Origin: Thermococcus sp. JdFR-02
GTDB taxonomy: Archaea; Methanobacteriota_B; Thermococci; Thermococcales; Thermococcaceae
Reading direction: 5' to 3'
Assembly: GCA_002009975.1 (NCBI GenBank)
Contig: MTLP01000042.1
Span: 292,418 to 316,417, forward strand
DNA: 24,000 bases
Part shown: in pieces, positions 16,126 through 22,617 of the stretch
Numbering within the stretch: the first letter of the stretch is position 1
How the letters are laid out: each line of letters starts with the position of its first letter
The notes under the pieces: model-generated
What the model was told of the DNA's origin: nothing
Seen by the model: only the letters and a program-made list of their open reading frames with translations
Databases searched by the model: none
Made by a program: the position numbers and the translations under genes

Positions 16126-16890
16126 ATGGAAGATTTCCTTCATTTTAATCATCTTTTTGTGGGAATAGGTAACAACGGTTCTCGTATCGTTAAGAATCTG
16201 AATATTAAGAATGCTGGGAGAGTTGTAGTCGATCCAGCAGATTACATCCTAAATAGAAAGGAGCTTATTAGAGATATAAAGGAATTTTTTGGAAAATTAG
16301 ATGACAACACAATAGCTTGGTTTTTGTTTGAGAACAAGCCCATCAATATAGAAATCTCGAAGCAAATTAATTATTATACCCCAAGCAAGGTAATTAGACT
16401 GGCGTATGTTCTAACTCCACATACCGAGCTTGTTGAAATGAATAAGCCAGAATGGGCAGATATGTTTGAAACCGTATTTTATGATTCCCTCAGAGAGCTT
16501 TTGAAAGAATATCAAGAGATACCCTTAAAAGATGCCTTTGAAATGGCGAGCAGATATATAGGTGGAATGTTCTCCAAGCTTTACTATTATCTTGAAAATG
16601 ACATGCTCATCAATGTTGATTATGCTGATCTGTTTGCTATGATAAAAGGAAGAAATGTTGGGATATTAAGGATACTTAATAAAGTTGATTTTGATTGGAA
16701 CTGGGGAATTTGGGAGAGAGGTCTCATAAACATTAGAGCTGGAAGACGCGTTCCATTAAGCAAAGCCCATTTAATTCTCAATAGATTTCAAGATCTTTTA
16801 AGCAAAAAGGATATCATATGGGGAGTTCAGATAGATGAGGAAGTCGAGAAGGATATCGAAATATTAGCGCTTTTAGTTAAGAGGTGGTGA
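16126..16890 (+). CDS. degenerate FtsZ/tubulin-superfamily protein (GTP-binding loops lost, T7 loop and C-terminal domain retained)
   Basis: 254 aa. [12 protein letters not shown] aligns with FtsZ T1 (VVGCGGAGNN). [23 protein letters not shown] aligns with [47 protein letters not shown] aligns with ATIIWGATIDENLENTVRVLLVITGV (M. jannaschii FtsZ, from memory). The T4 signature GGGTGTG position reads [19 protein letters not shown] upstream. Confidence 0.65.
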   Translation: [254 protein letters not shown]

Positions 16891-16891
16891 A

Positions 16892-17536
16892 ATGAGAGCA
16901 ATATTTTTTGACATAGATGAGACTCTCTTGAGTGAGAGACCTTTAATCATGCTATTTTTGCCTCAAGTTTACACAGAACTTTCAAAAAGATTGGGAATAC
17001 CTAAGGATAGCGCTAGATTGAAATTTTTAAAAGAACTCATGGAGCGCAGGAATACTTATGAATGGCATGACTGGAACTTCTTCTTTGAACTTTTTGGAAT
17101 TGATATTAGGTATGAAAACTTACTAAAAGCGTATCCCCACAAACTTCATGTATTTCCAGACGTTAAGCCAACACTAAAGTGGCTTAAAGAAGAAGGATAT
17201 AAGCTCGGTATAATAACAAGTGGTCCAGAATATCAAAGGTTAAAACTTAGATTAACGAAACTCGATAAATATTTTGATATCATAGTAACAAGGGAAGATG
17301 TAAAAACTGTGAAGCCAGATCCCCTAATATTCCTCTACGCATGTCAAAGAATAGGGGTTGAACCACAGGAAACTGTCATGATCGGAGATAATCTGCAACA
17401 AGACGTTTTGGGAGCAAAGAACTCCGGAATGATAGGCGTGTGGATAAATAGAAATGGAGATGAAGATTATCACTTTGCTGATTATGAGATAAAAACCCTT
17501 TATGAGCTAAGAAAGATTTTAGGTGGTGCAAAATGA
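16892..17536 (+). CDS. HAD-superfamily phosphatase (subfamily IA-like)
   Basis: Motif I FFDIDETLL (DxDxT), motif II IITSG, motif III KPDP, motif IV GDNLQQDVLGAKNSGM. The start lies 1 nt after the upstream stop, with SD GAGGTGGTGA. Confidence 0.85.
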   Translation: MRAIFFDIDETLLSERPLIMLFLPQVYTELSKRLGIPKDSARLKFLKELMERRNTYEWHDWNFFFELFGIDIRYENLLKAYPHKLHVFPDVKPTLKWLKEEGYKLGIITSGPEYQRLKLRLTKLDKYFDIIVTREDVKTVKPDPLIFLYACQRIGVEPQETVMIGDNLQQDVLGAKNSGMIGVWINRNGDEDYHFADYEIKTLYELRKILGGAK

Positions 17537-17712
17537 AGGAGATATACAAAAACGAGGGGATTTTCTATGAATATAAGAAGGAAAAAGTAAAGCTTGAAAA
17601 TGGAGATGAAATTATCCATAAGCAAGAGAGACCTACAAAGCTTTGGTGGGAACTTAAAGAAGCTATAAAAGGCAAAAAAGTTAAAATAATCGTCTATGAA
17701 CTTGGAGAATGA
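17533..17712 (+). CDS. small hypothetical protein, 59 aa (one residue under the ORF-track cutoff)
   Basis: Hand-translated: MKEIYKNEGIFYEYKKEKVKLENGDEIIHKQERPTKLWWELKEAIKGKKVKIIVYELGE. Its ATG overlaps the HAD stop (ATGA, 17533-17536) and an SD-like GGTGGTG lies 5 nt upstream. It fills an otherwise unexplained 190-nt gap. Confidence 0.45.
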   Translation: MKEIYKNEGIFYEYKKEKVKLENGDEIIHKQERPTKLWWELKEAIKGKKVKIIVYELGE

Positions 17713-17728
17713 CCTTTCTGGTGATTCC

Positions 17729-18190
17729 ATGAAAGTAGTCTATGAGAAAGAAATCGATGCAAGTAAGATAGTGGTATCACCGAGACCAGTTTGGAAGTGT
17801 AAGGCTTGTCCAATGTATGGCAAAAATCCCTCTTGTCCACCTTATGCTCCACCTTGGCAAGAAGCTAAAGAATGGATCAGGAATTTTAAAAGGGCTTTGG
17901 TAATAAAGTTTGAAGTTGATTATGAGAACTTTGAAACGGAAAAGAGAAAGGCTCTTTTATACCTATTAAGAAAGGAAGAAGAACTATTTAGGAATGGAAA
18001 TTTCTATGCATTCGCTCTTTTTCCTGGAAACTGCAATCTCTGTGAAGAGTGTGAGTTTCAAAAAAGTAAAAAATGCGTAGAGCCAACAAAAGTTAGGTTT
18101 TCTTTATGTGCTGTTGGAATTGAAATAAAGTCATTTGCTAAGGTAAATTTTAGCGAAAGCGTTTTGTATGGGATAATACTCATTGATTAA
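17729..18190 (+). CDS. DUF2284-type predicted metal-binding (Cys-rich) protein
   Basis: CKACPMYGKNPSCPPYAP and CNLCEECEF..KKCVEP..RFSLCAVGIE match the conserved Cys pattern I recall for DUF2284. The likely start is ATG 17729 (MKVVYEK) with SD GGTGA 4 nt upstream. The track start 17696 overlaps the small ORF. Confidence 0.7.
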   Translation: MKVVYEKEIDASKIVVSPRPVWKCKACPMYGKNPSCPPYAPPWQEAKEWIRNFKRALVIKFEVDYENFETEKRKALLYLLRKEEELFRNGNFYAFALFPGNCNLCEECEFQKSKKCVEPTKVRFSLCAVGIEIKSFAKVNFSESVLYGIILID

Positions 18191-18202
18191 AGAGATGATG
18201 TT

Positions 18203-18673
18203 ATGAAAGCGTACATAACCATGCTTGGTCGCTCAACATGGGCAATGATTAATGCGTATTATGCAATTGTAATGCACAAAAAATATCGTCCAGATGAAAT
18301 ATACATCTTTTTAGAGAATATTTACATTAACAAGCTTCCAAAGGCTATTGAGGCTTTAAAAATAATCTCTAGAGCTTTTGGATTTGAGCCGAGAATAAGC
18401 TATGAAATAATTGAAGAAGCAAACTTTCTAGAGGCTGATAAAAAGATTGGAGACCTTTTAAAAGAGCTTAAGGAAAAAGGTTATGAGATAACGATTGAAA
18501 TAACCTCCGGAAGGAAAGCGTTAGTTGCAGGGGCTTTAATACACGGTGTTCCATTAAAAGTCAATCACGTTTTTTATTTAGCAATAAAAAATCTTGAATT
18601 TGCAAACAGACCTTACATGATGATTCCCTTACAGATACAAAAGCTAAAAGATTTCATGGAGGGAAAAGATTGA
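18203..18673 (+). CDS. stand-alone CARF-like (Csa3 N-terminal domain-like) Rossmann-fold protein, 156 aa
   Basis: MKAYITMLGRSTWAMINAYY.. (beta1-LGxST loop), ..EPRISYEIIE.., ..ITIEITSGRKALVAGALIHG (beta4-[DE]xTxGxK loop). These are co-linear with Sulfolobus Csa3 residues 1-120 from memory. No wHTH or effector domain follows. Confidence 0.55.
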   Translation: MKAYITMLGRSTWAMINAYYAIVMHKKYRPDEIYIFLENIYINKLPKAIEALKIISRAFGFEPRISYEIIEEANFLEADKKIGDLLKELKEKGYEITIEITSGRKALVAGALIHGVPLKVNHVFYLAIKNLEFANRPYMMIPLQIQKLKDFMEGKD

Positions 18674-19674
18674 AAGAAGAAATAATATCAAAGCCCGAGT
18701 TGCAACTCCTAATCAATCTCCTTCAAAGAAGTGAACTTAACGTTAGTTATCCTCTTTATGGCAATTTTCCCCTTCTAAAAGCTTGGGTAGAAGATGATGG
18801 CTACAAAATCAAAGTTTTAGCCAATGAAGGGGATTTTTCAAGAGTTCTAAGAGATAAGAGGGAATACATATATGATCTTCCAACATATAGAGATTTTCAC
18901 GAATGCTTCTTAGCAGCAGGGATTTTGCAATATGCTAATATCGATGAGTTCTTAGAGCGCTTGGAAGGGTATAAATCTTTAACAAAGGGGATTATCTTTG
19001 CTCCAGATACAAATTTACTCTATCATGCTTTCATATCCAATTTTAAACCCTTAAAGGGTTATGAAATCGTCATTGTTGATACTGTTAAAAAAGAAATTGA
19101 GAATGCCATGAACTTTAAATATAAGCCAAGTCAATTAAAAGAGCTAAGGAGAATACTGCACAATTATGAACTTTTAAATGAATTCAGCAATAGGAGAATG
19201 AAAAAATCGAGAAAAGCTGCTTATATAGCCTTGAGAGAATTTGAAAAACTAAAGAGTAGATCGATTGAGGTAGAAAGTATAAAAGAAGAGACCCACACTA
19301 ACGACGAGCTAATAGTAAAGACATTAAAAAAGTTTGACAAAGATACACCTACTTTGACTGTTCTCTTGACAGCAGATATAGTCATGACGGATATAGCCAA
19401 GCTTGAAGGTATCGAGTATTTTCTTTTTGAATATCCTCATAAAAAGCTCGATGAACTTTTTGCAACTCCTTATCAACTTCGTTCGCTGCTTTTTAACCTC
19501 GCAACTGTATTTGGCGTAGTTGAGGTGAATAAAGTTTTGATTTTTGGAGAATTTGGAGGGAAAGTTAAACTTAATGAACTAAAATTAAGGTTTCACAGAG
19601 GAGGGCTTTATGAAGAACATAAGTTCCACTTAAACATATGCAGAGAAATAATAAAATTAGGAATAGAAAGATGA
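18670..19674 (+). CDS. multidomain PIN-domain nuclease, 334 aa
   Basis: PIN acidic tetrad in canonical order: D113 (IIFAPDTNLL), E142 (VKKEIEN), D212 (HTNDELIVKTL), D236 (VLLTADIVMTDIAKLEGIEY). The TTG start overlaps the upstream TGA (TTGA), with SD GGAGGG 8 nt upstream. There is no in-frame ATG until residue 147. Confidence 0.6.
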   Translation: MKEEIISKPELQLLINLLQRSELNVSYPLYGNFPLLKAWVEDDGYKIKVLANEGDFSRVLRDKREYIYDLPTYRDFHECFLAAGILQYANIDEFLERLEGYKSLTKGIIFAPDTNLLYHAFISNFKPLKGYEIVIVDTVKKEIENAMNFKYKPSQLKELRRILHNYELLNEFSNRRMKKSRKAAYIALREFEKLKSRSIEVESIKEETHTNDELIVKTLKKFDKDTPTLTVLLTADIVMTDIAKLEGIEYFLFEYPHKKLDELFATPYQLRSLLFNLATVFGVVEVNKVLIFGEFGGKVKLNELKLRFHRGGLYEEHKFHLNICREIIKLGIER

Positions 19675-20997
19675 CTACTGCAACATTCCCTCGAGCTTCT
19701 CAACGTATTCAATGCTTCTCCTAACGTCTGCAAAGAGCTCCTTAGCCTTTTCAATGTGTTCCTTTTCAACCTTTCCGCTTGCAATAATGCTTGCTGGAGC
19801 TAAAAGTTGAACTGCATACCTTAGACTTGTCTTCTCTCCAAGTTCTGCTAAATACTCTATTGCCTCTTCGCTAATTTCAATACCCTCTTCTTTAGCCCTA
19901 ATCTTAACTATTTCCCTTATCTCCTCTTTATTGTATGGTGATGTATTGATAATTAAAAGTCTATCAAGCATGTCAATTGGAATTCCATGTGGAGATTCAA
20001 GATCAGTTCCTCTAATCCTTGTCTTTCCTCTGTTAGTTGCCAAAATCAAGATTGGAGCTAACTCACTTTCCATTGCTCTTGCTAGGAAAGAGAAAGCTTC
20101 AATATCTAACATGTGGCATTCATCAATAAACAAAACTCCTGGGACTAAAACAGCTTTCCCTTCCTCAACCCATTGTTTAACTGTCTCATCAACCCTTTCT
20201 CTAACCTCATCCGTAATTTCCAACCCTCCACCAAAGAGAAGACCAAAAATTCCCCCAGCTCTTGCATTAACTAAGTCCAAGTCATGTAAGCTAACGGTGT
20301 AGGTAAATTCCTTAACTTTCAAAACTCTCCCGCTTGGAATCTCAACTTTTCTGTAAGTGAATAAATCCTCTTCTCCCTTTGCAACTCCAATTCTTGAAAT
20401 CCTTCCGCTATCTGCATCTATTTGAATTACATCACCCTCTCTAATTCCTAGTTCAAGGAGTTGATAGGCTATGTTCCTATCCGCTCTTAATGTTTTTGTC
20501 TCTTCCTTTGTTTTCAAAGTTATGACGGCACTTTCTGGAATCTCTGCATATGGATTGAAGGGATGTCTCGTCATCTTTATATCAACCTTTTCAACTAAAC
20601 CTTCATAAACTCTTCTCTCTTCGCTTATCCTAACACCTATCGCCCTTCTCAAAGCTTGTTTCAAGAATTCCGTCTTCTTTATCTCTGCAGAATAAATCTC
20701 ACTTCCAGAAATCTGAACAAAAGGTACATCTTCACCTAATTCCTTGGCTATTCCCATAGCTATAGCAGTTTTACCAGAACCTGTTGGTCCAACTAAAAGA
20801 ATGCCTTTTCCAGCTAATTTGCCTTTCTTAATTAGTTTTACAGCAATTCCTGCAGCTTCTCTTGCCTTTGTTTGACCTACCATCCCGTCTGCAATGAACT
20901 TCGCTTTTCCATTCTCATCTAAACCAAGACCTTTTATATGAGAATGGAATCCCACTCTTTCAAAGCTGACCTTTGCTATCTCTTCAATTACTGGCAC
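19675..20997 (-). CDS. TIP49 / RuvB-like AAA+ ATPase (archaeal RuvBL homolog)
   Basis: ERVGFHSHIKGLGLDE..GMVGQ..AREAAG..GKGILLVGPTGSGKTAIAMGIAKELG..PF (Walker A), VLFIDECHMLD (Walker B), sensor region ILATNRG. GTG start 20997 with SD GGAGGTGA. Confidence 0.9.
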   Translation of the reverse strand: MPVIEEIAKVSFERVGFHSHIKGLGLDENGKAKFIADGMVGQTKAREAAGIAVKLIKKGKLAGKGILLVGPTGSGKTAIAMGIAKELGEDVPFVQISGSEIYSAEIKKTEFLKQALRRAIGVRISEERRVYEGLVEKVDIKMTRHPFNPYAEIPESAVITLKTKEETKTLRADRNIAYQLLELGIREGDVIQIDADSGRISRIGVAKGEEDLFTYRKVEIPSGRVLKVKEFTYTVSLHDLDLVNARAGGIFGLLFGGGLEITDEVRERVDETVKQWVEEGKAVLVPGVLFIDECHMLDIEAFSFLARAMESELAPILILATNRGKTRIRGTDLESPHGIPIDMLDRLLIINTSPYNKEEIREIVKIRAKEEGIEISEEAIEYLAELGEKTSLRYAVQLLAPASIIASGKVEKEHIEKAKELFADVRRSIEYVEKLEGMLQ

Positions 20998-21241
20998 TTT
21001 ATCACCTCCTGAAAATTTAAAATTCCATTTTGTTATTAAAAGGTGTATTTTAAAAGTTTAACGGAACAATAATGAAAAAGCTTATTAAGATATAAACTAA
21101 ACAAAAACAGTTAAACTGAAAAATTGGAAAAAACTGGGTAGCACATTGCCTCTACAAATGTCTATGGATAGAAAATTTTTAAAATAGACACATTTTCATT
21201 TAAAAACTTTTTCATAGGATTTTAAAATTTGCTATGGTAAA

Positions 21242-21281
21242 CCGAAAAGCTTTTAAAGTTTTCGCCGAAAAGCTTAAAAAT
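21242..21281 (+). promoter_or_regulatory. tandem BRE/TATA elements upstream of gar1 (CCGAAAAGCTTTTAAAG and CCGAAAAGCTTAAAAAT, 23 bp apart)
   Basis: The 11-mer CCGAAAAGCTT occurs at 21242-21252 and 21265-21275. Each copy is a purine-rich BRE (CGAAA) followed by an A/T TATA-like segment. Confidence 0.5.
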
Positions 21282-21303
21282 GAATTTTGTTTGGGGTGGG
21301 GCT

Positions 21304-21612
21304 ATGAAACGTTTAGGCAAAGTTTCTCATTATGCTAAACAAGGCTTCTTGATCTTACGCTCTAATTGGGCGCCTTCGTTAAATGACGTAGTTGTTGATA
21401 AAAATCTCAAGGTTATTGGAATAGTTAAAGACGTTTTTGGACCCGTTAAAATGCCGTATATAGCTGTAAAGCCTAAGGTAAGGAATCCAGAAGAGTTGGT
21501 AGGACAGATCTTGTATGTGGATAAGAGGCGTAAAGAGAAAGTGAGAAAGAAAAACAAACGAGAGAAGAAGGGAAAAAGAAGAAAACGCCCCGCCCCCAAA
21601 AAGAGGGGGTGA
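21304..21612 (+). CDS. gar1: H/ACA ribonucleoprotein complex subunit Gar1
   Basis: MKRLGKVSHYAKQGFLILRSNWAPSLNDVVVDKNLKVIGIVKDVFGPVKMPYIAVKPKV is near-identical to Pyrococcus Gar1 from memory, and a basic K/R tail follows. The likely start is ATG 21304 with SD GGGGTGGGG. The track start 21280 adds 8 non-conserved residues. Confidence 0.9.
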   Translation: MKRLGKVSHYAKQGFLILRSNWAPSLNDVVVDKNLKVIGIVKDVFGPVKMPYIAVKPKVRNPEELVGQILYVDKRRKEKVRKKNKREKKGKRRKRPAPKKRG

Positions 21613-21617
21613 ATTAA

Positions 21618-22538
21618 ATGCCTGCTGCTGAAGATGTTAAAAAATGTCCCGTTTGTGGATCCACCAAGTTAATTTTTGATCCTGAAAGGGGTGAAATAGT
21701 CTGTACAAGTTGTGGTTATGTCGTTGCGCAAAATATAATTGACACTGGACCCGAATGGAGAGCTTTTGATGCTAGCCAAAGAGAAAAGAGAGGGAGAGTT
21801 GGTGCTCCAATTACATATACAATTCACGATAAAGGACTCTCAACTATGATAGACTGGAAAAACAAGGACATTCACGGTCATGAGTTATCTGCAACTACAA
21901 GAGCTCAAATGTATCGTTTGAGAAAATGGCAAAGGAGAATTAGAGTTTCAGATGCAGCTGAAAGAAACTTGGCTTTTGCTTTGAGTGAATTGGATAGAAT
22001 GGCTTCTCAAATGGGATTGCCAAGAAATGTTAAGGAAATGGCAGCCGTTCTTTATAGAAAAGCAGTTATGGAGCACTTAATTAGAGGTCGCTCTATTGAA
22101 GGTGTCACAGCCGCTTGTCTCTATGCAGCATGTAGAATGGCTAAAGTACCAAGAACCTTAGATGAAATTGAAGAGGTCGCAAGAGTTGACAAAAAGGAGA
22201 TAGGAAGGAGTTATAGATTCATAGCAAGGGAATTAAACCTTAGATTACCTCCAACAAGTCCAATTGATTATGTCAACAGATTTGCAGATCAGCTTGGATT
22301 GAGTGAAAGAACCAAATCAAGGGCTATTAAAATACTCCAAGAGGCTATAAAGAAGGGATTGACAAGTGGTAGGGGACCTATGGGTGTTGCAGCTGCCGCT
22401 TTATATATAGCAAGTGTTCTTGAAGGAGAAAAGAGAACGCAGAGAGAAGTAGCTGAAGTTGCTCACGTTACTGAAGTTACAGTTAGAAATAGATACAAAG
22501 AATTGGTTGAAAAGCTTGGAATTAAGCTAAACATTTAG
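21618..22538 (+). CDS. tfb: transcription initiation factor B (TFB)
   Basis: N-terminal Zn ribbon CPVCGS..CTSCGYV, B-finger/linker GPEWRAF, and two cyclin-fold repeats (..[13 protein letters not shown].., ..[16 protein letters not shown]..). SD GGGGGTGA overlaps the gar1 stop. Confidence 0.95.
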   Translation: MPAAEDVKKCPVCGSTKLIFDPERGEIVCTSCGYVVAQNIIDTGPEWRAFDASQREKRGRVGAPITYTIHDKGLSTMIDWKNKDIHGHELSATTRAQMYRLRKWQRRIRVSDAAERNLAFALSELDRMASQMGLPRNVKEMAAVLYRKAVMEHLIRGRSIEGVTAACLYAACRMAKVPRTLDEIEEVARVDKKEIGRSYRFIARELNLRLPPTSPIDYVNRFADQLGLSERTKSRAIKILQEAIKKGLTSGRGPMGVAAAALYIASVLEGEKRTQREVAEVAHVTEVTVRNRYKELVEKLGIKLNI

Positions 22539-22551
22539 TTTTTTTTCTTTT
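22539..22551 (+). terminator. oligo-T tract (T8 C T4) immediately after the tfb stop
   Basis: TAG TTTTTTTTCTTTT. It may be only partially efficient, because the next gene has no recognisable BRE/TATA of its own. Confidence 0.45.
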
Positions 22552-22612
22552 CACCAGATGAGGAAACAAACCCGTCGCCGATTGGTGACGAAAGGGGACC
22601 TCTCCGATGGTG
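22552..22612 (+). ncRNA. candidate C/D box sRNA (2'-O-methylation guide) with non-canonical boxes
   Basis: Layout: CACCA-G-[AUGAGGA]-13 nt-[CCGA]-UUG-[GUGACGA]-12 nt-[CCGA]-UGGUG. This gives C, D', C' and D in the archaeal order and spacing. A perfect 5-bp terminal stem abuts box D, and a 3-nt bulge (G,A,U) precedes the C-box GA. Hand-counted GC is 35/61 = 57% in an AT-rich intergenic context. Confidence 0.55.
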
Positions 22613-22617
22613 ATAGA

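Noticed and set aside
21070-21126. Possible C/D sRNA in the TIP49-gar1 intergenic region (AAUGAAAA ... CUGA, with flanking CAAU/AUUG)
   Set aside because: The C box lacks the second GA. No internal D'/C' boxes are present. The putative terminal stem is offset from box D by 3 nt. The region is A/T-rich rather than GC-enriched.
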